From: Myxococcota bacterium
GTDB lineage: Bacteria; Myxococcota_A; Polyangia; Polyangiales; Sandaracinaceae
Assembly (NCBI GenBank): GCA_036149055.1
Contig: JAYZQJ010000164.1
Coordinates: 1-14,967 of the forward strand
Direction of reading: 5' to 3'
Length of the DNA: 14,967 nucleotides
Shown in pieces: positions 1-9,100 of the stretch (within the stretch, counting starts at the first letter, position 1; each line of letters begins with the position of its first letter). The translations under genes were made by a program, and so were the position numbers. Under the pieces are notes generated by a model. The model was given only the letters and a program-made list of their open reading frames with translations. It did no database searches and was not told where the DNA came from.

Positions 1-1
1 C

Positions 2-49
2 GGTGGCGGCAGCGGGGGCGGTGGCGGCGGCGGGGGCGGTGGCGGCAGC
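2..49 (+). repeat. GGNNNC hexamer tandem array, truncated by the window edge
   Basis: Eight units: ggtggc ggcagc gggggc ggtggc ggcggc gggggc ggtggc ggcagc, with an 18-bp higher-order period. Same unit grammar as 13908-14258. Confidence 0.8.
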
Positions 50-70
50 CGCGGCGTGCCGGTCGGCGGT

Positions 71-118
71 CGGGCTCGCCCAGCTGATTCCTCCTCGCCT
101 CCTGCCTCCCCACTCCCT
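71..118 (+). repeat. Conserved C-rich core, copy 1 (direct repeat with 14252-14303)
   Basis: cgggctcgcccagc-tg-attcctcctcgcctcc-t-gcctccc-ca-ctccct. Blocks of 14, 16, 7 and 6 bp are identical to copy 2. Confidence 0.85.
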
Positions 119-261
119 TGTCCTGCGTCGACGGCGGAGAGCTGGCGGATGGGGTGGGGATCGATGGGGGATCAGGGGTGAATATGGCGGGGCGGAGTGC
201 GTCGACGTCGAACCGGCCCCCTGGTAGGCTCCCTCCCCCGACGAACCGGATCAGAAGGACG

Positions 262-825
262 ATGATGGCGCGCAGGACCAAGCCCCGAATCCCCCTCCTC
301 CTCTCGATCGCCGCGACGGCGCTCTTCGCCGCGGCGCTCGCGTTCCCGCAGCTGAAGGCCGAGGCGCAGCGCGTGCGGTGCCAGGTCTATGTGACTCAGG
401 CGCGGGTCCCGGGGAACCTCAGTGAGCGTGGGCTGATCGGGTTCGCGCGACGCCATCGGGCGCGGCGGCTGCGGGAGACGAGCCACCCCGAGCTGAACGA
501 CCGCTCCTGGATCGCCAACGCCGTGTTCTCGTTCAACCGGCCGCCGGGCGACCTCGAGTTCCACGCCCTGTTCTACGACGTCACCGATGGGCCGCGGAAC
601 TTCATCCGCGAGATGAGCGTGTTCGTGAGCGACCGCAGCCAGCGCACCGTGCTGCACCGCCTGCAGCTGCCGCGGCCCACCTTCCAGCCGAACAAGCGGA
701 TCGAGATGGTCGTGACCCTCCGCCGCGAGGAGCTCGGCCGCACCCGCTTCGAGATCCAGGGTGAGGAGCGCCGCCACACCGGGCAGGTCGACTTCACCGA
801 CGAGCAGGCGCGCGGGGGGAACTGA
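262..825 (+). CDS. Secreted hypothetical protein
   Basis: Within ORF 118..825. ATGATG at 262/265 follows AAGGA (255-259). A basic N-terminus and hydrophobic stretch end in AEA, like a signal peptide. Codons are GC3-rich, and the stop is 4 nt before holA. Family not recognised. Confidence 0.75.
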   Translation: MMARRTKPRIPLLLSIAATALFAAALAFPQLKAEAQRVRCQVYVTQARVPGNLSERGLIGFARRHRARRLRETSHPELNDRSWIANAVFSFNRPPGDLEFHALFYDVTDGPRNFIREMSVFVSDRSQRTVLHRLQLPRPTFQPNKRIEMVVTLRREELGRTRFEIQGEERRHTGQVDFTDEQARGGN

Positions 826-829
826 CCCC

Positions 830-1903
830 GTGGCCACGCGCAGGGGCTCGGGCCATCCCGAGATCCAGCGGCTGATCGCGTCGATCGAGAAGGACGGCTC
901 CTTCCCGACCGTCGCGCTGCTGCTCGGGCCCGAGCGCTTCCTCGTGGAGCGCGCGATCTCGCGCCTGCGCGCCGCCTCGCTCGGCGACGGGCCGGCGGGC
1001 TTCAACGACGACCTCTTCCACGGGGCGACGTCGCTGAGCGGGCAGAAGGTCGTGAGCGCCGCCCGCACCCTGCCGATGATGGCGCAGGCGCGCTTCGTCC
1101 TCGTCCGCTCGGTCGAGGCGATGGGCCTCGACGAGCTCAAGGCGATCGCGGAGTACGTGGCCGCGCCGAGCGAGTCGACCTGCCTCGTGCTGACGGCCGA
1201 GAAGCTGAACGCGCAGACGTCGCTGGCCAAGGCCGCGGCGAAGGCGAAGGCCATCTGGGGCGCGCAGCCGATGAAGGGCCAGCAGATGCGGCGCTTCGCG
1301 GTGGACGAGGCCGGGCGTCGCGGGCACAAGCTGACGCCCAAGGCGGCCGAGGCGCTCATCGAGGCGCTGGGTGAGGACCTGGCGGCGGTCGACGACGCGC
1401 TCGAGCGGCTCAGCCTCTACGTCGGCGACGGGCAGCGCATCGACGAGCGCGCGGTCGAGGCCTGCGTCAGCCGGATCGCCGCCGACACCATCTGGCAGCT
1501 GGTGGACTCGGTGGCGGTGCGCGACACGAGGAACGCGCTCCACGCGGCCGGCTCCCTGCTCGCCGACCGGGAGCCTCCGCTCCGGATCCTCGCGATGGTC
1601 GCCCGGCAGCTCCGGATCGTCGCCAAGATGCGCGAGGCGCTCGCGGCGCGGCTCAGCGACGAGGAGGCGGCGCGGGCCGCCGGCGCGCCCCCGTTCAAGG
1701 CGCGTCAGCTCAAGAACGCGGCGCGGCGCTTCACCGCCCGCCAGCTCGGGGCCGCCTTCCAGACCCTCGCCGAGGCCGATCTGGCGCTCAAGGGCGCGAA
1801 GCGCGGCGACGCGCTCATCCTCGAGGAGGCGATCCTGGAGCTGTGCACCGGCCAGCCCCGGGTGCGCGAGCGCATCCCGCGGCAGGTTCGCACCTACCGG
1901 TAG
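830..1903 (+). CDS. holA: DNA polymerase III subunit delta
   Basis: LLLGPERFLVE, FNDDLFHG, ARTLPMMAQARFVLVR, ALERLSLY, IWQLVDSV and LAEADLALKG match the HolA pattern. About 357 aa and near rpsT. GTG start at 830 is inferred. Confidence 0.92.
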   Translation: MATRRGSGHPEIQRLIASIEKDGSFPTVALLLGPERFLVERAISRLRAASLGDGPAGFNDDLFHGATSLSGQKVVSAARTLPMMAQARFVLVRSVEAMGLDELKAIAEYVAAPSESTCLVLTAEKLNAQTSLAKAAAKAKAIWGAQPMKGQQMRRFAVDEAGRRGHKLTPKAAEALIEALGEDLAAVDDALERLSLYVGDGQRIDERAVEACVSRIAADTIWQLVDSVAVRDTRNALHAAGSLLADREPPLRILAMVARQLRIVAKMREALAARLSDEEAARAAGAPPFKARQLKNAARRFTARQLGAAFQTLAEADLALKGAKRGDALILEEAILELCTGQPRVRERIPRQVRTYR

Positions 1904-1964
1904 CTCGTACGGTGAACGATTCCGGTCGGGGACCCCGGCCGGGCGGGGGTGATACTCGTGGGGA

Positions 1965-3884
1965 ATGCCTTCCGCGCGCCTCCTCTTGATCTCCCTGCTC
2001 GCTCTCACCGGCTGTGACGGCGGCCCGACCGACGTCGACGGCGGCACCGAAGGTGGCCCCGACGCGTCGGTCACCCGAGACGGCGCGCCGGCCGATCCCG
2101 ACGCGGGGGAGCCGCCGGACGGCGGGCCCCCTCCCCTCGACGCCGGCACGGACGGCGGGACTCCGGGCGTGGACTGCGCGCCCCAGCAGGCGTACGCGGA
2201 GGGCGACTGCGGGCGCTCGTTCGGCTTCGTCTGGGATGGGCACGCCTGCGTCGAGCGCGTCGGATGCGGCTGCGCGGGGCGGGACTGCCTGACCCTCGCC
2301 CCCGACATGGCGAGCTGCGAGGCCGCCCACGCCGGCTGCGCGCCCGCTTCGCCGGACTGCGTCCCGAGCCCCGACGCGGGCGGCGGCGGGCCCGGGTGCG
2401 CGGCGGAGGTGCGCTACGTGACGCCCGACGGGAGCGCGTCGGCCGACGGCCGGACCGCGTCGAGCGCGTGGTCGCTCGAGCACGCGCTCGCCACCGCGGG
2501 CCCGGGCACGGTCGTGTTCATCCGAGGCGGCGACTACGGCGACCTGCGCCTGCGGCAGTCCATCGACGGCCGGGCCGACGCCCCCATCCGCTTCATCGGC
2601 ACCGACCCGAGCTGGGCGCTCCCGGCGCCGGGCGCCCGCGCGAGCGTGTCCGGGACCGAGCCGGTGGACCCGGGCGTGATGCCGCTCCTTCGCGGCGTGC
2701 TCACGGGCAACCGGGGCAGCGGCACCGCCCTGCAGGTCGACGGCGATCACGTGCACGTCGAGAACGTCCAGGTCTCGCGATACTCGATCGGCTTCGACTT
2801 CCGCGGGTCCCACCAGGTGATGCGCAACCTGGTGAGCGACCATCACGGTGACTTCTCCGGCCGCCCCTACGAGGGCTGGGGCATGTTCGTCCGCGGCGAC
2901 CACGCGCGGGTCGAGCGCTGCTTCATTCGCGATGGCGCCGCCGAGGGCATCTCCATCCGCGGCAGCGACGGCGTCTACCGCGACATCGAGGTCGTCGGGA
3001 TCGATGGCGACAACCCCATGGACTACTACTTCCTGCTCAACGGCCACCGGAACCGGGCCGAGCGGATCGTCGTCTACCGCAGCCCCGGCCTCTCCCACCT
3101 CGGCCACGGCATCTGCATCAAGCCGGTCGGCGCCACCTCCACCCAGAACGTCGTCGACGGCTTCCGGGTGGTGAACACGAACGTCGAGCTCCAGTTCGCG
3201 GGCTGCAGCGAGAACGTGATCCGCAACGGCGTCATCACCCGCACCACCGAGCCCGAGTGGAGCACCGCGCTCACGATCGCCAACGGGGCCCACCACAACC
3301 TCTTCCAGAACATGATCGTCTCCGGCTCCTACGCCGGCGTCGTGTTCAACGACTGGGACGACGGCGCGGCCGACGAGAGCGGGGGCGACGCCGTCGACGC
3401 CGGGCACGACAACGATCTGGTCAACCTGGTGGTGCGCGACGCCAGCTACGGCATCTTCATGCGCGACCAGGGCAGCGCGGGCGTCGCGCGGCGGAACCGC
3501 TTCATCCACGCCAGCTTCCTCGACGTGGGCGAGCTCTTCCGGGTCCGGCGCGGCAACGAGGGGACCGAGCTCCATCACTGCGTCATCGACGGCGCGGGCG
3601 GCTTCGCCCGTGAGGAGCTCGGCTTCCGGGTCGCGTCCGACACCGCCTTCGTCGGCTGCAACGTGAGCGCGTCCGGGTTCGACGGCTTCACCGGCTACGC
3701 CGAGTCGGGCACCACCCGGAGCACCCCCGCCTTCGTGGCCCCGGGCGACCCGCGCCCCGCCGACGACGCCCTCGACGGCGCCGAGGACGCGAGCGCCCTC
3801 CACCCGGAGGCCGCGCGTGACCTCTACGGCCGCGAGCGCACCGCCCCGATCACCCGAGGCGCCGTCGAATACGTCCCGGAGTAG
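1965..3884 (+). CDS. Lipoprotein with Cys-rich (Kunitz-like) domain and right-handed parallel beta-helix (pectate-lyase-like) domain
   Basis: Lipobox LALTGC, a D/G/P-rich linker and an 8-Cys module. RYVTPDG...W.SLEHAL..AGPGTVVFIRGGDY is a typical beta-helix entry, followed by Asn-rich PbH1-like repeats and a C-terminal DLYGRER...RGAVEY. Confidence 0.8.
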   Translation: MPSARLLLISLLALTGCDGGPTDVDGGTEGGPDASVTRDGAPADPDAGEPPDGGPPPLDAGTDGGTPGVDCAPQQAYAEGDCGRSFGFVWDGHACVERVGCGCAGRDCLTLAPDMASCEAAHAGCAPASPDCVPSPDAGGGGPGCAAEVRYVTPDGSASADGRTASSAWSLEHALATAGPGTVVFIRGGDYGDLRLRQSIDGRADAPIRFIGTDPSWALPAPGARASVSGTEPVDPGVMPLLRGVLTGNRGSGTALQVDGDHVHVENVQVSRYSIGFDFRGSHQVMRNLVSDHHGDFSGRPYEGWGMFVRGDHARVERCFIRDGAAEGISIRGSDGVYRDIEVVGIDGDNPMDYYFLLNGHRNRAERIVVYRSPGLSHLGHGICIKPVGATSTQNVVDGFRVVNTNVELQFAGCSENVIRNGVITRTTEPEWSTALTIANGAHHNLFQNMIVSGSYAGVVFNDWDDGAADESGGDAVDAGHDNDLVNLVVRDASYGIFMRDQGSAGVARRNRFIHASFLDVGELFRVRRGNEGTELHHCVIDGAGGFAREELGFRVASDTAFVGCNVSASGFDGFTGYAESGTTRSTPAFVAPGDPRPADDALDGAEDASALHPEAARDLYGRERTAPITRGAVEYVPE

Positions 3885-3939
3885 TCCGCGGTCGCCCCCG
3901 TCCGCCGAGCCCAGACCTCGCCGGCCGGGACGGAACGCC

Positions 3940-3970
3940 AAACGCCGCCTCGGCGATCTGCCGGGCGGCG
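3940..3970 (-). terminator. Putative intrinsic terminator downstream of rpsT
   Basis: Stem cgccgcc(t)cggc (3943-3954) / gccgggcggcg (3960-3970) with a 5-nt loop, followed on the minus strand by TTT. Lies between convergent genes. The U-tract is short. Confidence 0.5.
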
Positions 3971-3992
3971 CAGGGTTCGGTCGAAGCGGCGA

Positions 3993-4253
3993 CTAGAGCG
4001 CGGCGACCTGACGGCTCAGGCGGCTGACGTACCGCGAGCCGGTCTTCGGGTGGTAGACGCCCTTGGACACGGCGCCGTCGATCTTCGCGATGGCGACCTT
4101 GAGCGCCGCCTCCGCCGTCGCCTTGTCCTCGGCGTCGATGGCCGTGCGGACGCGCTTGACGTAGGTCCGGACGGTGGTGCGGATGTGCTTGTTGCGCTCG
4201 GTACGCTTGTGCGTCTGGCGAATGCGCTTCTTCGCGGATGCGTGATTGGCCAC
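3993..4253 (-). CDS. rpsT: 30S ribosomal protein S20
   Basis: (M)ANHASAKKRIRQ..KR..RNK...T.VRTYVK...IDGAVSKGVYH...SRL is the S20 signature. GTG start with GGAG upstream. Confidence 0.97.
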   Translation of the reverse strand: MANHASAKKRIRQTHKRTERNKHIRTTVRTYVKRVRTAIDAEDKATAEAALKVAIAKIDGAVSKGVYHPKTGSRYVSRLSRQVAAL

Positions 4254-4294
4254 GGGAAAATACTCCACACGCCCCGGTTCTCGGGGGGAGCGGA

Positions 4295-4323
4295 CTTCTA
4301 GCCGGGGCCCCAGAGGTTGTCAA
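4295..4323 (-). promoter_or_regulatory. Putative sigma70 promoter of rpsT
   Basis: Minus strand TTGACA (4323-4318), 17 nt, TAGAAG (4300-4295). Confidence 0.55.
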
Positions 4324-4354
4324 GCAGCCCCGGGGGCGTCCGTCCCCCGTTTGT

Positions 4355-4383
4355 TTGGAGAGTGCGTGCGGCCGCCGAATACT
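4355..4383 (+). promoter_or_regulatory. Putative sigma70 promoter of murJ
   Basis: TTGGAG (4355-4360), 17 nt, AATACT (4378-4383), ending 6 nt before the GTG at 4390. Confidence 0.4.
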
Positions 4384-4389
4384 GCCCCC

Positions 4390-5994
4390 GTGAGCGACGA
4401 GGAGACGCCCCAGAACGGGGACGAGCGCGGCAGCGGGGCGATCGCCCGGCGGGCCGGCCTCGTGGCCGCGGGCACCCTCACCTCCCGCGCGCTCGGCTTC
4501 GCGCGGGACGTGGTGCTGGCGGCGGTGTTCCCCAAGGCGGCCACCGACCTCTTCTTCGTCGCGTTCACGATCCCCAACGCCCTGCGTGTCCTGCTCGGCG
4601 AGGGCGCGGTGTCCTCGGCGGTGGTGCCCGTCTTCAGCGAGGTGCGGGCCGAGGAGGGCGAGGAGGCGGCGCGCTCCTACTTCGCGAAGCTCACCGGGCT
4701 GCTGGGCCTGACCCTGCTGGTGGTGAGCGTGCTCGGCGTGCTCGCGGCGCCCGCGCTGGTGAGCCTCTACGCCACCGGCTACCTCGACGATCCCGAGCGC
4801 TTCGGGACCACGGTCGAGCTGACCCGCTGGGTCTTCCCCTACCTCTTCTTCATCGGCCTGGCGGCCCTCGGCATGGGCGGGCTCAACGCCCTCCGGCGCT
4901 TCGCGGTCCCGGCCTTCGCGCCCGCGCTGCTCAACGTCGCGCTCATCGCCGCCGCCTTCTTGCTCGTGGGGCCCGCCCTCGCTCTCGGGCTGCCCGCGAT
5001 CGGGGCGCTCGCCCTCGGCGCGCTCGTCGGCGGCGCCCTCCAGGTGCTCGCCCAGTGGCCGGCGCAGCGGCGGGCGGGGCTGCTCCGCGTCCCCCGCATC
5101 GACCTGAAGGATCCCCGGGTCCGCAAGACCCTGCGTCTGCTGGTCCCGCTGCTCGCGGGCTTCGGCGTCTACCAGCTCAACACGATGCTCGGCCGGAGCT
5201 TCGCCACCTTCCTGCCGACCGGCGCGCAGAGCTACATCTACTACGGCCAGCGCCTGGTCGAGATCCCGCAGGGCATGTTCGCCCTCGCCATCGCCGCCGC
5301 CGCGCTCCCGACCCTGTCGGACCTGCGAGCCCGCGGCGAAGACGCCGAGGTGCGGGAGGTCTTCGGCTACGCCTTCCGGCTGACGCTGCTGCTCGCCATC
5401 CCCTCGTCGGTGGCCCTCGCCGTGCTGGCCGAGCCCATCGTGGCCGTCGCGTTCGGGCGGGGGGAGTTCGGCCGGGCCGAGGTGCTCGAGACGGCGGCCT
5501 CGCTCCGCTGGCAGGCGGCGGGCGTGTGGGCGATCGCGTCGGTCCGCACCGTGGTGCCGATGTTCTTCGCCTACCAGGACACCCGCAGCCCGGTCATCGC
5601 GAGCGCCACCAACCTCGTGTTCTTCGCCGCGGTCTCGCTCCTGCTGATGGGACCATTCGAGCACGTCGGCATCGCGATGGGGCTGAGCGCGGCCGGCGCC
5701 GCGCAGCTCTTCATGCTGCTCGCGCTCCTCCGGCGTCGGGTGGGGCGGCTCGGCCTTCGGGCGGTGGTGATCGGCGGCGCCCGCATCTCCGCCGCCGCCG
5801 CGGCGATGGGCGCGGCGCTGTGGTGCGTGGCCCGCCTCGGCGCGTGGGAGCGAGGGGCGACGGGGATGAACGTCGCCGTCCTGCTGGGCGCCCTCGCGGC
5901 CGGGGCCACGGTGTTCCTCGGCGCCGCCGCCCTCCTCCGCAGCCCGGAGCTGCGCGAGCTCATGGGCGCGGTCCGGCGCCGCGTGAAGCGTTGA
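4390..5994 (+). CDS. murJ: Lipid II flippase MurJ (MviN)
   Basis: SRALGFARD, DLFFVAFTIPNALR.LLGEGA.S.AVVPVF and QRLVEIPQGMFA..IA.AALP motifs, many TM segments, and divergent from rpsT as in many Gram-negative bacteria. Start inferred. Confidence 0.95.
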   Translation: MSDEETPQNGDERGSGAIARRAGLVAAGTLTSRALGFARDVVLAAVFPKAATDLFFVAFTIPNALRVLLGEGAVSSAVVPVFSEVRAEEGEEAARSYFAKLTGLLGLTLLVVSVLGVLAAPALVSLYATGYLDDPERFGTTVELTRWVFPYLFFIGLAALGMGGLNALRRFAVPAFAPALLNVALIAAAFLLVGPALALGLPAIGALALGALVGGALQVLAQWPAQRRAGLLRVPRIDLKDPRVRKTLRLLVPLLAGFGVYQLNTMLGRSFATFLPTGAQSYIYYGQRLVEIPQGMFALAIAAAALPTLSDLRARGEDAEVREVFGYAFRLTLLLAIPSSVALAVLAEPIVAVAFGRGEFGRAEVLETAASLRWQAAGVWAIASVRTVVPMFFAYQDTRSPVIASATNLVFFAAVSLLLMGPFEHVGIAMGLSAAGAAQLFMLLALLRRRVGRLGLRAVVIGGARISAAAAAMGAALWCVARLGAWERGATGMNVAVLLGALAAGATVFLGAAALLRSPELRELMGAVRRRVKR

Positions 5995-6096
5995 GCTCTG
6001 CAGGCCGGCCACCTCTCCAGGGTCGCTCGGGTCGCTGACAGCGTCGCAAGCCGGCGCGTCGGTGCGCTCTGAAGGCGATTTCCACAGTCTTTCAGT

Positions 6097-6124
6097 TTGA
6101 CAGTCTCACGGTCATGAGTAACTT
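6097..6124 (+). promoter_or_regulatory. Putative sigma70 promoter of the NRPS gene
   Basis: TTGACA (6097-6102), 16 nt, TAACTT (6119-6124), in a locally AT-richer stretch. It would favour the ATG at 6141 over 6114. Confidence 0.5.
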
Positions 6125-6140
6125 CAGGCTCGGGTTGGGC

Positions 6141-9100
6141 ATGGAGGGGCTGCAACAGACCGTCCTCGATGTGGGGACGACGACGGTCGAGCGCTTTCGG
6201 GCGACGCCGACGCAGCGCGGCTTCGGCGCCCTGTCGGCGATGTCACCGGCGGCCGGAAACGAAGTCGTCGCGATCGACCTCGAGGGTGCGCTCGACGTGG
6301 ACCGGCTGGGGCGGATCCTCGACCGCCTCGAGGGCGGGCTCGATGCCTGGCGCACCCGCTTCGTCGAAGAGCACGGCGCGCTGTTCGGCGTCGTCGAGCC
6401 CCCGGTCGGCGCGCGCCTGCGGGTGGAGCGCGTGACGGCGGATCGGCGCGTCGCGCGGGCGGAGGCGCTGGCCCGCGAGCCGTTCGACCTGGCCGAGGGT
6501 CGACTCGTGCGCGCCACCTTGCTCCAGACCGACGACGAGCAGGCGACGCTCGTCCTGGTGGCCCACCACGCAGTGATGGACGGCAGCGCGCTCTTCGTCT
6601 TGCTGCCGCGGGCCCTCGGCGCGCTGTATCGGGGCGAGGCCATCGACCTCGAGGGGTTCGCCCCCTGGGCGGCGCGCGAGGCCGACGCGTACGACGGGGA
6701 CGCGGGCGAGCGGGCGCGTGGCTTCTGGCGCGAGTCGTTGCGGGATGCACCCGGCTCGCTCGCGCTGCCCACGGACCATCCGCGGTCGGGGACGAGGAGC
6801 CTCCGAGGGCGCCGCCTCTCGCGCGACGCGGGGGTGACCCGGGAGGCGCTGGAGGCGGCGGGGCGCCCCGTCGACGTCGCGATCGCCGCGCTGGCGACGG
6901 CGCTGCACCGGATGGCGGCGGCGGACGAGGTGACGGTGGGCGTGACGCACGCGAACCGCCGCGCGCCCGGCGCCGAGCGGGTGGTCGGCTGCCTGGTGCG
7001 CACCCTGCCCTTGCGCGTGTCTCCCGGCGACGCCGCGAGCTTCTCGGGGTTGGTGAGCCAGGTCCACGAGCGGCGGCGCCGCGCCTTCGGCCACCTCACC
7101 GACGTGGTGGACGACGTGCTGGCCGAGCGCGGCGAGGCGGGCCCGGGCTACCGCGTGGTGCTCAACTACATGCCGTTCTCCGAGCGCGACGCCGCCGACT
7201 TCGGCCCCACCGTGCGCGCCCGGGGCTGGCGACCGGATCCCGGCTGGACGGCGACCGACCTCGCGTTCGACGTCGTCGAGGCGCCCGAGGGGCTGCGCTG
7301 CGTGCTCGAGTACGACGAGGGGCTGTTCGACGCCCCGACCGCCGAGCGCTGGCTCGAGGCGTTCGTCACCGCGCTGGCCGCCGCCCCGACCCACCGGGAG
7401 CGCGGGCTGGGCGCGCTGCCGTTGATGGGCGTCGCCGCGCGGCGCGCGCTCGGGGCGCTCGGCCGAGGCGGCGGGCCCCCGAGCCAGCCCGCCCGGCTCC
7501 ACGATCTGCTCGCCGGCGGCGCGCTCCGCAACGAGGGGGCTCCGGCGCTGCTCCGCGAGGGACGCGCGGTCGACTACCGGACCCTCTGGCGCCGCGCGGG
7601 GGCCCTCGCCGAGCGGATCGCCGCGCTGCCGTCCGGGCCGCCCCCGCGCCTGGTGGGGCTGGCGACCCGTGATCCCGAGAGCGCTCTGGTGGCGCTGGTG
7701 GGCATCCTCCGGTCGGGGGCCGCCTACGTGCCCCTCGACCCGCACCTCCCGGAGAAGCGGCTCGCGCAGATGATCGAGGACGCGCGCCCGATCGCGGTGG
7801 TGACCGACACGGACCGCGACTTCGGCGCGCCGGCCCTCCGGCTCGACGACGCCGAGGCCGAGGGCCCGGCCGACGCCGGCGATCCGAGGGCCGGCGCGTA
7901 CGTGATCTTCACCAGCGGCTCGACCGGCCGCCCCAAGGGCGTGGTCGTCGCGCACGCGAACGTGGTGCACCAGCTCGAGGCCCGCCGCGCCTTCTACGGG
8001 GGCGCGCCGGGGGTGACCTTGAGCGCCCACTCGTACGCGTTCGACTCCGCGGTGGCCTGCGTCTTCTGGGCCCTGGCCGAAGGGGATCCCCTGGTGCTGG
8101 TCGACGAAGACGAGCGGCGGGACCCGGCGCTCCTCCGCGGCTGCATCGCGCGGCACCGGGTGGAGACGCTCGACGTGCCCCCTGCCCTCTGGGCTGAGCT
8201 GCTCGCGGGCGGGGCCGAGGGGCTCGAGTCGCTGCGGACCGTGATCGTGGGAGGCGAGGCGCTCCCGCCCGCGCTCGCCCGCCGCCACCTCGCCCTGCTC
8301 CCGGAGGCGCGGCTGGTCAACGAGTACGGCCCCACCGAGACCACCGTCTTCAGCAGCGCGCACGTGGTCGACGCGGTGACGCCGGGCAGCGTGCCGATCG
8401 GCAGGCCCATTCACCGCACCCGGGCGCGCATCGTCGATCGCTACGGGCAGCTCGTGCCGCGCGGCGGCGTGGGCGAGCTCTGGATCGGCGGCGCGGGGGT
8501 GACGGCGGGCTACCTGCGCGACGAGGCGCGCACGCTCGAGCGCTTCGTGGACGACCCGCACCTCGGGCGGACCTATCGCACCGGAGATCTCGCGCGCTGG
8601 GACGCCGAGGGGCGCCTTCGGTTCGAGGGGCGGGTGGACCAGCAGATCCAGATCCGCGGCCACCGGGTGGAGCCCCAGGAGGTCGTGGCCGCGCTCGAGG
8701 CCCAGCCCGGCGTCCAGCAGGCGGTGGTGCTGCCGCTCGACGGCCCGCTGGGGCTCCGGCTGCACGCCTGGGTGGTGGCGCGGCCCGGAGCGACGCTCGA
8801 CCTCCAGCGGCTGCGCGACGCGCTGCGCGCCGAGCTCCCCGAGCCGATGATCCCGGCCACCCTGGAGCGCATCGACGCGCTGCCGCGCGCCCCCTCCGGC
8901 AAGCTCGATCTCGCCGCCCTCCCCCGGCCGACGACCCCGGCCGTCGCCCGCAGCGAGAGCTGGCGGACCGAGCCTCGCACCCAGGCCGAGGACGCGATCG
9001 CCAAGGCCTTCCGGGAGGTCCTGCGCCTCGACGCGGTCGACGTGCACGCGAGCTTCTTCGATCTCGGGGGCACCTCGCTGACCGCGGTCCGGGCGCTCTC

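Noticed and set aside
118..261. N-terminal extension of the first CDS
   Set aside because: It runs through the repeat unit. The RBS and signal peptide support a start at 262/265.
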